Assembly: GCA_026914245.1 (NCBI GenBank)
Contig: CP110440.1
Coordinates: 4,030,001-4,094,000 of the forward strand
Direction: 5' to 3'
DNA from: Puccinia triticina
Taxonomy: Eukaryota
Length of the DNA: 64,000 bases
Shown here: positions 14,200 to 25,846 of the stretch, one piece after another
How the letters are laid out: every line of letters starts with the position of its first letter
How positions within the stretch are numbered: the first letter of the stretch is position 1
Notes under the pieces: generated by a model
Database searches by the model: none
Seen by the model: the letters and a program-made list of their open reading frames with translations, nothing else
What the model was told of the DNA's origin: nothing
Program-made: the position numbers and the translations under genes

Positions 14200-14655
14200 C
14201 AAGGCAAGCTCTCAATGACCAGTTTATGCCAGTCATTGAGAGGTTTACAAGCAGAATTCTTTCCATGACCAGCAGCAATGACAGGTCTTCCATGCTCATT
14301 GAGGGAGTAAATCATATGTACCTCAATAGCAGAGCTTTTGATGACCAGACCACTCATCAAGAGCCACAATGACCGGCATAACAGATCATGAGAGGGATAT
14401 TTACATACTCCCTTGATGGTGGGCATGACCAGTAATCAAGGGGGATATCTACTCATTCAATGACCGGTATACATAGACCGTTCATCAAGAGGTTTATCTC
14501 CTTGCCAGTTGACCGGTATATATACCCAAAATCAAGGGTATTTTGTACTCCCTCCGGTCTTAGAGAGGAGTACTCTCAATGACCGGTACAATCAATCTTT
14601 GAGAGGAGTACCTTAGATGACTGGCACAACACTTTAGAGCCTTCAATGACCAATC
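14200..14655. repeat. Degenerate tandem array of palindromic TGATGACC..GGTCATCA units
   Basis: Repeated tgatgaccgg / ggtcatcaag cores; the same unit type occurs at 17330-17660, 18060-18500 and 56700-57040. Confidence 0.6.
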
Positions 14656-15012
14656 AGTGACACATTTTTGCTTCATATTAGTTCCTTCTTCTATGGTGGC
14701 TTATACAGACAATTTGGGATGGAAGGAGGAACAAAGCGGAATATGGCTACAATGGCATCTCCATGCCTGGTTTGTTTGTTTTTTTGTTCTTTCTATTTTG
14801 AAAATGGGTTGTGCTCATCATGAATGGCCAGCAGGCGCCGTCCTGGCCGCTTTGGCAGGTGAGTTGGCCATTTTGAGACAAATTCACCATAATCTCAGGA
14901 ATTCTGTCCAGATTGTTGCTTCAGAGCCTACATAGCCCTATCAACCCACCAGTTGGGCGAAAAATCCATTCTGTGAAACTGGATTGCAGGATTCAATCTG
15001 GCTTGGCAGAAC

Positions 15013-15393
15013 CAACAAAGGGTAGTTACACTACGCGTAACGCGTAGATAACGGTAATGTAACAAAAAATTTTTGTTGTTATCTACGTGTTACGCGTAAC
15101 CGCAGTGTAATTACGTTATTGCAACACGTTGAGCCGGTTTTTTTATGCTCGTTGCGTTATCCGGGCGCGCGGAGCCCTTGATAACAAGAAAAAAATGGGC
15201 CTTAAATGGTCTGTTATTGCGTTATCCGGGGGATAACGCAATAACGGGCCTCAAAAATGAGGCCCGTTACGTTACGTGCGGGGCCTGAAATGACCCTGTT
15301 ACTAGTAAAGTAACGGGGGTCCCCGGATAACGGGGGTAGTTACGTTACCAAAATTTCGCGGATAACGCAACATAACGTAACTACCCTTTGTTG
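15013..15393. mobile_element. MITE with CAAC...GTTG ends and perfect 7-bp TSD
   Basis: TIR caacaaagggtagttac / gtaactaccctttgttg. GCAGAAC at 15006-15012 and 15394-15400. Confidence 0.9.
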
Positions 15394-15530
15394 GCAGAAC
15401 CCAACTCACCTATGAACAAAACAATTTTGAGGCATGTGGTCTATTGATACTTCCCGACATCTATCAGCAGACCAATCACTTGGCCAAGGAGACCAATGTT
15501 TCTTAATTTTCCTCTCCCACTAATAGCATA

Positions 15531-16451
15531 CACCACGGGGCCAATTTCTGGGAAACCGCTGCGTCCAATGGACGCTTTTGCCCTGGAAGCGTCCAGAGGA
15601 TGCTCCCAGAGCATCCAATGGATGCTACGGGGCAAAAGCATCACTTGGATGGTTTCAAAAAGCATCCAAGTGCCGCTTTGCTGGCCAAAGTGTCATTTGG
15701 ACGCCCAAAAAATAGCATCCATTGGACACGCTCCTCCAGGAGTGTCCGATGGACGCTTTCCATGCAAATGTGCGCTCCAACAATCAGAAACTCCAGCCAG
15801 AGTGTCCAATGGACACCACAGAAAAAATTCCCATCAGCAAATCTCAAACAAGAGTGTCCGGTGGACACAAGAAAATCTGTCCACTAAACACTCTTGTTTG
15901 AGGGTGTCCAATGGACACAAGAAACACTGTCCATTGGACACTCTCAAACAAGAGTGCTCAATGGACACCAAACATAATCCCCTTGGACACCCTCAATCAA
16001 GGCTGTGCAAATGATTAAGAGTGTCAGATCTCAGGGCGGAGGAGTGTTGTTGGTTGCAGTACTTAAACAATGAAGGTCCCTGCCCTTGCAGCGATTGCAT
16101 GTCTGGAATAGTTGGGAGAGGGTTACCTATAGGGCTCTCGCTTCAGCTAGGTTGTGTGTTTGACTCCCGCTCGGAGTATTGATGCAGTTGCCTACCTGGA
16201 GGCTGTGCTGAAACCCAATTGGGGGCGACTCATTTTTTTGTCCCAAATGAAGTGTAGAGACCATCCAGCGGATGGTTGTTCAATCATCCGCTGAATGTTC
16301 CCTGGTCCGTACATGGGATGGTTTGTCCGAACCATCCAATGCAAGGGAAGTACAATGTCCGTCCAAAGGATGGACCCCCCCGCGCCAGATCCAGACAGCC
16401 AAAGGTGCGGCCATTGGTCCAACCAATGGATGCCCTGGATGGCCTGTGGTC
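15531..16451. repeat. Probable non-autonomous TIR element rich in tccaatgga/tccattgga motifs
   Basis: Many copies of tccaatgga/tccattgga, with weak terminal IRs ccacggggcca / tggcctgtgg. Confidence 0.4.
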
Positions 16452-16986
16452 TAGATATTTGACATTGTGTCTTTTCCTTGGAGCAGGTAACTACATTTGT
16501 CCATCAGACCAGGTCCAAACTTAACATAAGCCCCTTGCTGCTGCGGGCGTCTGGTCTTGCAAAGCAAGCCTCCAATAGCCCTTGGCAGGAGGGACTTGCA
16601 CGCTATTGCCCCTTTTTGGCGTGCCAACATTCTGAGTTTGGCTGATTGGTTTCTTCAAACCATCACAGTTTCCTGCTTTCAACATGTTTGAACTTAAACA
16701 TTTGCTTGGCATAAATCCTTGCTTCTTGCCTATCATCTCATATTGTGATTCCAGGAATGCTTGGACATCTTTTTGAGCTGTGAGCTCAAAGTCATGGAAT
16801 CCTGAAATTTGAATTCAGGTTTTCAGCCTTCCTGCTGGGCAGCAATAGGGGGCTGACATGCCAAGTTTGCAGCTGTGTTGGTCAGAAAACCAAACTTTTA
16901 CCGTTGCTGTGGCTCAAAGTCCATAACTTTAGCCCACTGAAAATGTTGAATTGTTCAAGCTTAAGTGGAATCACAATACAATCTGA

Positions 16987-17904
16987 GGCCCCGTTTGGCA
17001 GGATTGATGTTATGTAATAACCACTGCTTTTCTATAACCAGGACTCACCGAGGCCCATATTGTATCACTTGCATGTTTGGCAGATTTGAGAAGTTATAAG
17101 GGTCATCAAAACTTTCCTCATCACTCCTCATCATCCCTGCCATTTCCAATATCCTGGTGTATTTGGGGTGATATTGACACCCTTAGACGACACACACCCA
17201 ACTCTACCTCTGTTACTCCCCTCAATGGCCGGTACAGACTTTGTACCGGTCACCCAGCAGAGTACACACTCAAATCAATGGGCCAACACAACCGGTCATC
17301 AAGATTGATGACCAATCCAACACAATCCGCCATCAATGACCAATGTTCATCAAAGGGACATTCACCTCAATGACCATTGGTCATTGAAGGGCCCATGTAT
17401 TCCCCCAATGACCATTGGTCATCAAAGGGAATATGTATGTATTCCCCTTGATGACCATCTGTCATCAAATGGACTGTGTATTCTCCCTGATGACCATTGG
17501 TCATCAAAGGGACTATGCATTCTCCTCAATGACCATTGGTCATTGAAGGGTCTGTGTACATATTCTCCTTGATGACCATTGGTCATCCAAGGGACCATGT
17601 ATTCCCTTCAATGACCCATGGTCATCAATGGGACTATATGTTCCCAAAAAGGGACTCTGTATTCCCTTTGATGATTGTGTACCAGCCATTGTTGAAAGGG
17701 GTTAAACACTTGATTGGCCTTGCCGGTATGTACGCTCAATGGCCAGTATTTACCGGCCATGGATCTTGTTATGTAGGCAAGCTGTATGAAGCAAGTGGCA
17801 GCCAAACACTTGTGTTATGTTGAAAGATATGAAATTCAAGAGTGATGTGTATCACATTAGGTAAGTACGCAACATCACATAACATTATTGCTGCCAAACG
17901 GGCC
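16987..17904. mobile_element. Harbinger/Tourist-like MITE carrying a ~40-bp palindromic tandem array
   Basis: TIRs ggccccgtttggcag / ctgccaaacgggcc with TGA on both flanks. The TIR nearly matches that of the element at 4219-7198. Confidence 0.85.
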
Positions 17905-20524
17905 TGAGTTATGTTAGACCTTTTCTTCTGGTACAAATAAATTATCCAAGAAAATCAAAACTTGGAGTTTACTGAAGTAGAGATCATCTGTGCTCAATGA
18001 AATCTACATGTAGTTTTTTTTCAACTTACAGTTTTTTTTCATACCATACACCAGGATACACCCCACTCAATGACAGGTCATCGGATGGAGTGTGCTACAA
18101 TCAAGTTGAGTCCAAACTCCATCCAATGACCCAGCTCCACTCAACAACCAGTCATTGGATGGAGTCCCACTCCACTCAAAAACCACTTATTGGATGGGGA
18201 TCACGGGTCATTGAGTGGAGTGGTGCTCCATCCAATGAACGCAAAGTGGCACTCCACCCGATGACCGGTTGGGTGGGGTATACACCCCACTTGATGACTG
18301 GTCATCGGAATAGATGGAGTGTGGACTCAGCACACCCCACTCAATGACCGGTCATCAAGTGGGGTGTATACCCCACCTGACCAATCATTGGGTAGAGTGC
18401 CACATTGGATCCGGTCATTGGATGGAGTTCCACTCCACTCAATAACCTGTCATCAAGTGGAGTGTACACCTAATGGCCGGTTGGGTGGGGATCCCATAAT
18501 GAACCGGCCATTGAATGGTTACGTTGTCCAGCTACATTGCCACTTATGAGCACAGTCCTCAAATGAGGGTCCATGCTATAATCTCACAATGAATGTCTGC
18601 AAATCTGGCTCGCAGAGTCAGTAACGTTCATGAGGTTTGTCAGCCTTAGAGTCAACTCATCTGACCTAAAGTCTGCCCCTTTTCTACTTTTTTACATATG
18701 AATTACTTCATATCTTTTTCATCTTAAGAGATATCTTTGTTTTGACTTCATATTTTGTTTCCTCATGCAATTTTAACCCTAGTTACAACTTATCAATTCC
18801 TTGTAACTATACTCCTTCCCTGAGTTATTGAGTTGTGGCGCGCATGCGCAGTTGTGATGTGTCAGCGCTACCAGGCGCGCCAAACCACATGTACACCCGG
18901 GGAGTACCTCCACGCGGGACTGACCTCGGAAATGATGAGGAATCCACGGCTGACCCTCGCGGGGGGCGGACCAGCGGCTGTCAGTCCACACGCCCACGTG
19001 CTCACCACCAAGAATCGCGAGGGTGGCCTCGCCGGGATCATCTCGTGGATCCCACACAAGCCACGGGCATTCCGTGGAGGCGGCGAGCTCCCCTTGTCTT
19101 CCAAACAACATTATGGGGGCCGTGGATGCCCCGTCTTCTGACAGGAGCATTGGGTCACTCCCCGACAATCTTGGGTCAACTGGCACTATGTAGCTGAAAT
19201 GAAAGCTGCCACCCACAGGGTAGCAGATGCTGCATTATCATGGATAAAAAAAACAAATGAGAAGAGCACAAAAAAGCAATTTTACAACAGGAAAAAAAGA
19301 GAAAAAAAAAAAACGAGGAGAGGGGAGGGGGGATGAGATGAAGGATTGCAATGTGAGACAGATAGAGATGTGATCAAGGGAAGCTCTGGATGGGTATGGC
19401 GAGTATATAAAGGAGTCTCCCCATCCGCCGCATCCTTTGCCCGACCATTCATCTGCTGCTGCTCCTTCTTGCATGGCTGGTTATCTTGAGAGAGGGCAGT
19501 CTGACAATGCTGCCGAGGGTCTTGGGAGTCGAGCTGCTTGAAAGGATGCCCAGGAGATGCTCATGGCGCCGGGTCTCAATGTCTTGTTGGGTGACAAACT
19601 GGTTGAGGATCAACTGGTCATCAACATAAAGAGAGATATGTACCTTGTTTTGTTGAGACTGTTGGAGAGTAAAGCATGCACATGATCAATTGCTGCCTGG
19701 TTTTTCTCAAGCTCTATGGAGGGAGCCGGGGCTCGAAGCGCAACTTACCGGGTCCGTAGTCAGGAGGTGGTTGAGAAAGGTCGACGAGGGCTCACCGCGG
19801 GTTGAGAGGAGCGTGTTGGTATTGGGTGGCGGGCTCGGCAGGGTTTTTTTTTCTGATCAGGCATGGAGTCAAGCAGAGACTGGACAGGAGGATTTTGGAG
19901 GAGTTCAGAGGAGTTCGGAGGAGGAGAGGGCAGGCTTTGAGGAGCTCGCATTATGATGACGGGAGGCGAATCAAGGACCTTGGCCTTTTGGATGGATATG
20001 AAGTCAAAGAAAACCTAACTGGGCGGGGCATGATGAGACCAGCAATCAACAGTCATGACTGCATACAAGCATGTTTAAAAGCATGATCCTGCCCAATCAG
20101 AGCAGCCGTGGAAAGCACATAGCAAATAAGTGAAAGTGTGGTTTCCACAATCACAGATCTGTGCGCTCATGGACTCCACCGGGAGTCCATGACCTGGCGT
20201 GGAATCCATGCATTTTTCCCATCGGATGGATGAGGAATCCACACCTCTGTCCTTTTCCAACGGGGTGCCCACAATTCCTGAATTCCACGTGGGTTTCCCA
20301 AATTTGATGCAACCCGTCGGATCCACACGGCCGCGCGGCAAGAAGTACCCCCGGCGTGTACATATGTAAATTACATAAGCAAACTGTGAAAATTTTCGTA
20401 TTCAGGATCCCCCTTGCCTGAGGCGGATCTACAGACTTCAGCACACCAGAACCACACCCCAGATAGCCCCAGGATCACCACCAAAGATATTACCACGCTC
20501 CCATTATACCTACCGTCAACAATG

Positions 20525-21712
20525 CATCTATTACGCTAATTTTAATTAGCGTCGCTAGAATCGTAGCGTAGCGATCTCCGCTAAAAATCTGAGCGCTTAG
20601 TGTTAGCGGTAGCGGCCTTGCGCTACATATAGCGGGTAGCGTAGCGGGAACCTCGCTACACTGTTTTCCCTCAACGTTTAGTTTAGCGCTCTCATAGCGC
20701 TAACGCTAAATTTCACTGTAGTTTAGCGCTGTAGTTGCTACATGCGCTAATATCAGCGCCACATGCCCTTTTAGCGGGTTGCCCGCTAGACATTCCAATT
20801 AGTGCAGTAATTAGCAGCGCATCAGTGGAGCTAGCACGCATACCGCTACATATTTAACTTAACGCAGGCATTACGGTGACGCAGGCGCCAGGGGTAGAGG
20901 GCTTTTAAACTAAGGCTAGGAGATCCAGATATTCCACCAAAACAACCCTCTGTTGGTATCATTGATTTGTGCCCCCTCCCTTTTGCCTTGTCCCTGCCGC
21001 TTTGACCCCTCAGCTTTGATAGCTTCTCTCCACTGAAATCATTACCATGAGTTCCATTTCTGACCGTCAGTCAACCCCGCCCAACCAGGTAGAACCCACA
21101 ACAGGCCCGCGTCAATCTTCCCGGCTTCATACTCCACTGGCACGCCCTGGATTTATCCAAACTCACACCAACTCACAAAGGGCACTCCAAGTCAAACCTG
21201 TGACAAGTTCTGGCAGTGAACCCGTTATAAACCAGCCCAACAAGCCCCGCAAGGGCAGGAATCAGTCTCAAGTTGGAGGAAAGAAGTCATTGGGTGCTGT
21301 AAGTTTTTCCCTTTGTCGTGTTCTTATAAAAATGGGCCTAACATGTAGTCGTGATTCTATTTGATTTATCACTTAGCATGGGGATCACTATCATACATGA
21401 TGCTTAGTTATCTTTTATTTTTCTGGTTACCTTGAAATAAAACTCATCTCTCATATGTACTTTGCTCCACTAATATAGCAATAATGACCGCTAATTAATC
21501 GCTATATTAGCAGAGAGGCACTAGAAATAGCTGAAGCGTAGCGATCTGACCCTAGAAACCACTAATTTCTAGCGGTTAAAAACTAGAGGATTTTTCTGAA
21601 TTATCAGTTAGCTGTAATTGTAGTATACCAGCCGTTACAATTTAGATTAGCGTAGCGGCGCTAAAAAACCGCTAACTTAGGGTATTAAATGCTAACTGTA
21701 GCGTAATAGATG
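20525..21712 (+). mobile_element. Internally deleted TIR element (probably hAT-derived)
   Basis: 14-bp TIR catctattacgcta / tagcgtaatagatg and many tagcg subterminal repeats. It contains a short low-complexity ORF start at 21047. The 8-bp flanks differ only by transitions. Confidence 0.6.
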
Positions 21713-22920
21713 TGACAGTAAGTAACCTCTTTCACTGAACCTTGTTTATCTCAGAGGTACAACTCTGTGTCTGCTTGATCTGCTCTTCTTTGCTGGCCTT
21801 TGCCTCATTCTTGATCACAGGGCTGTCCCTGCTTAACTGCTTTCTTTTTCTGTGGTTTTTGTAAGAAACAAACCACATAGGTTTCCCTTTAAAGAACCTT
21901 GACTATCCAGAAGGAAGCTAAAAAATTGTGGCTGGAGTAAACTTGTCTAATCCAGGATCCCTCCACGTTTCTTTGGTGAGAGGAGGCTGTAGTACTCTCT
22001 AGCACAGCTTGGCAGCACTCTTCTGAAGAGGTAGCATTGCCAGTGGATGTGCATTCCCACCAGAATAACCTTGAATATCTGCTTATCTTGATCTTGCTCA
22101 GTTTCTCTCTCTCTTATATTTGTATTTTCCTTATCCAAAGAAATCCAAATATTCCCCTCTTCTTTCTTGTGTCCTGCTGTCACTATAGAGACTCAGGCTC
22201 ACAAGGTTTGTTTCTCTTCTATAATTTCTCAGGATACATATGAGCCAGTACAAAAAGAAAAAAAAAAAAAAAAAAACAGAATCAGCGGTAGCATGTTGGG
22301 CTGATCTGGAGCAAAAAGTAATAACAAAAAGTTGTGGTATGCAAGATGTACAATGAAGAAAATGAAAAAAGACCTGATAACCCCATTCTCCAGCCAGAAT
22401 GGGGAGGTACATACAGTAAGTCCTAACTTAACACAAGTCCCCCCTGGTGGGAGGCTCACTGTGGCTGGCCGCAAAGCGGCCCCTCCCACAGGGAGGGACT
22501 TGCGTGTAATGTTGAAATTTTGGCTGGGAAAGAAATCACAATTGGCTGGAGGGAAAATATTAAGCCTCAGCCAGCCTCCCCCTCAGGTCCTGTGGACCTG
22601 CCCCAGAGCCAAAAGATACTTCTGGACCTCAGCTTTCATTTGGCACCGGTCTCATCTCCTCAATCCAAACCATTTGCACTGTACTAATGGTTTAAAAATA
22701 AAAAAACATGAAGAAATGTAAACTAAGGATGCACAACCATCATGCCTGGTGAATCCTGGATCCGCAAACCCACAGATCCTACACATGTAGTGTTGCATTT
22801 TGTTGCAGAAAGGAAATTCAATTGTGCATATTATCAGAAAATCCAAAAATGGATCTTCAGAGCAATGTAATATCCTTCAGGATTCCTTTGACCTTTAAAA
22901 TGGATTCCTTCAATTTAATA

Positions 22921-23121
22921 GGGGGGTTCACAATAGGATAAAAATAAAACTTTAGAGCCAATTTTAAGCCCTTTATGGACAACATTTTTAAAAATGAAGA
23001 AGTGTCTCTGAATGTCAAGGGACACTCAATCCTGTACATCTTACCAAATTTTTAAAAAGTTGTTGATAAAGGCCTTAAAATTGGCTCTAAAGTTTTATTT
23101 TTATCCTATTGTGAACCCCCC
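22921..23121. mobile_element. Foldback MITE
   Basis: ~55-bp TIR ggggggttcacaataggataaaaataaaactttagagccaattttaag and its reverse complement at about 23065-23121. Confidence 0.75.
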
Positions 23122-23123
23122 TA

Positions 23124-23317
23124 ATGTGTTCAAAGTTGAAATCATAAAATTTTCATTACATAAAATCATAAAATCATAAAACTTTAAAATGATGTTTTAT
23201 ATGTACCATTTTAGAAATGTTGCTCTATTTCAGTGTTTGGGTGTACATATTTTTTTCACCTCAGAATTTTATGATTTTATGGTGTTATGATTTTATGCAA
23301 GTCAACTTTGAACACCC
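23124..23317. mobile_element. Tourist-like MITE, copy 1 (copy 2 inverted at 52384-52580)
   Basis: TIR gtgttcaaagttga / tcaactttgaacac. The internal sequence closely matches the reverse complement of 52384-52580. Confidence 0.8.
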
Positions 23318-24817
23318 TAAATCAGTTTTGGGTCTTTTTGCTCAAATTCTTGGGCAAGGGTGCGCATCAGCACTGCCATGGGAACTGTCTATTCAGTTTT
23401 TTTGTACATGTTTTGCTGATTTTTAAATAATTATTCAGTGATTTTGGGGTTAAATATCCTTCCTTTCCCTGCCAGACTTCAGACATTAGGCGTAAGCCTC
23501 TCCTGCGGAGAGCCGTCCGGGCGGGGTCCCCCGGACCCTCCGTTTGAGAGGCTTAGTTAAGTTAGCAGTAAGTCCCTCCTGACTGAGGCTCGCTTCGCGA
23601 GTTCAGCCCACCCCCCGGGGGCCCGGAGTCTCGAGGGACTTTGCTAAGCTCGGGCCAGGCCCTGCAAGACGCAACATTATTGATGCCTCACATGATTTGG
23701 TTACATAGATCAAAAGTCGCCGAGAAAATCACGTGCATAAAGCGCGAGAAATGCTCGGAACGGGCCGCTCAGCTTTCACGTAAGATCAATTTGTTGCTAC
23801 GTAAGTTGTTAAGATCTGGATACGTAAACGCTCGGCGATTTTCGCCACTTTGATCGCTCGAAATTTGAATGTCACTCCGCCAGTTCTATTCCCCCTCGCG
23901 CTTTGAACCATATTTGGACATCTTGAGTTATGCGCTGTTATGCGTGTTCAGGACCCCGACCAGCCCTTCTTCGAAGCCAAAACTTCACACACCAAAAACC
24001 AGCCAGCAACCAGAATGCACCCAAGCGAACACAAAAATCTTCACATGGATGTTCTGCCATCAATCGAGCGTTTCCCCGAGTCGTCCAGATCCCCGAGTTG
24101 CAAAATCCTCTGACGTGACTTTGGACAGCTCTGGACCCGTGAATTGAAGGGACGCATGTCAGAAATCAGACAAGCACCAGAGTCCTGGGAGCCAACTGGC
24201 AAGGGTCTCCTGATCAAACATCCAGGCAATATTTTCCGATGTAGAGAGCTTAATAGAACGCTTGCACTATGACCTGCCGCTAACACCAAAACTGTCGACC
24301 ATGAATGGCCTACGTATCACCGCATGTCCAGGCCTCCTTCAGTTCTCTAAACCCATATTTCCATTTTATTCTATGTACATATTTGATTTTCCATAGCCGG
24401 GGCTCGGTTGTTAGCATTTTGGGAGCATACCACAATACAATTATTCTTGCAAATTGCAGTCTTACATATGTCAACAGCTCAACAACTTCCACCGGCGATT
24501 CAGCCTCCATCGTTGCGTGGCGAAGAAGCCACGTCTATCTACCAGGTAGAGCATATATTAATGTGACCCATGCAACCACCGGCAAAACACCCTGCCTCAA
24601 CCTTTCATCCCCCCCTTTTGACCCTCACCTGCTCCCACCCATTACTGGCCTTTTCTCATTTTAAACCTTCTTGAGCCCTACCATTCCCAAGTAGACCATC
24701 GCAGTTTTCCATTGTTTCAATAGTGTCTGCATAATCTTTTTCTCTTAATCTATTTTATACAAAGCATATTTTGTTTCTTTTCCGTGGTTCCATCGGTTTT
24801 ATCCAACATCTGTTCCC

Positions 24818-25846
24818 ATGCCCACTTTGATGAGTGACCAACGCTTCCACCACGCGTTCCACCCCTACCAGAGCACCCCACAAACCTCTCGCAGCTCACT
24901 CCCATGCTTCGTCCATTCATCTCCCATCACCAACTCACTGATCTCCTCACACTCAAAGACGGTCAGACCAGATGCTTTACTGCTAGCTCGTTGCGTGGAG
25001 GGAAAGGTTCGTGCTGTTTCCTTTAGGATGTCGGGTGACTTTTCTCTTTTGCTCATCGCCATATTCCGTTTACAGCAGTATGGTAATTTCTCACACCACA
25101 CCGCGTCCCCGGCCGCATCATCCCTGATTCCGACATGCAACGGATTAACAGCCTCGTCTGCCGTTCCAACCAATCTGCCCAACTCCGTTTCCGCCTCCAT
25201 CTCATCTGCATCGCCGGCGGCCATATGTGCTAGTGGCTCTTCTATGCCTCCACTCCTTACCAAAGGCTTCTCCCGTGCGATGCCGAACGGTCCCAGTCCC
25301 GTTCAAGCTTTCTTAGCTACGCAAGGTCGTACAAAGACAAGTGAAAGCTCACGCAGCCCAAACACAACTACTTCCAGCCCTCTCAGTCCCGCTTCTAACA
25401 GCACTCAGTATCATCGGGATTTCGTCAGATATCTCAAAGCATGGCGCCCTCCAGTGGAATACTACGCGCGTCGTCGATATCAGCACCCGTCGCTCTCTTA
25501 TCCCTCCCGCAGCCCATCTCTCCCCAGTCTGCTGGAAGAACGGATCACCAATGACGGGAACATGGACACAGTGTGTCCTGAGCAAGCCATGTCTACATCG
25601 CCGCGTGCATATCGTCGAAGGATATTCCCAGCACACCTCTCTTATACCAACCCAGTCAGCCAACATAGGTCAACACAAGGCTGGGATGACGATTCGGAAG
25701 AAGATCTTGATAGCGATGACGACGATGAGGATATCGAATCAGATGGTGAATCAGACTCAGAGGCCGTGACCCCAACCTCCTCCCCCGGGTCGAGTCCAAC
25801 CTACTTTCTTCAGCCGCTTGTTTTAACCAAACTTCCCGGTTATTAA
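24818..25846 (+). CDS. Hypothetical Ser/Pro-rich protein with acidic C-terminal tract
   Basis: 342-codon ORF with CpG retained and a probable in-frame intron at about 24962-25075. No family recognised. Confidence 0.6.
   Translation: MPTLMSDQRFHHAFHPYQSTPQTSRSSLPCFVHSSPITNSLISSHSKTVRPDALLLARCVEGKVRAVSFRMSGDFSLLLIAIFRLQQYGNFSHHTASPAASSLIPTCNGLTASSAVPTNLPNSVSASISSASPAAICASGSSMPPLLTKGFSRAMPNGPSPVQAFLATQGRTKTSESSRSPNTTTSSPLSPASNSTQYHRDFVRYLKAWRPPVEYYARRRYQHPSLSYPSRSPSLPSLLEERITNDGNMDTVCPEQAMSTSPRAYRRRIFPAHLSYTNPVSQHRSTQGWDDDSEEDLDSDDDDEDIESDGESDSEAVTPTSSPGSSPTYFLQPLVLTKLPGY

Noticed and set aside
17330..18500. CRISPR-like spaced palindromic repeats
   Set aside because: The 'spacers' resemble each other, there are no cas genes, the context is eukaryotic, and one array lies inside a MITE.
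18860..19143. Possible solo LTR (tgtcag...ctgaca)
   Set aside because: No TSD (tgatg vs ggagc) and no second copy in the window.
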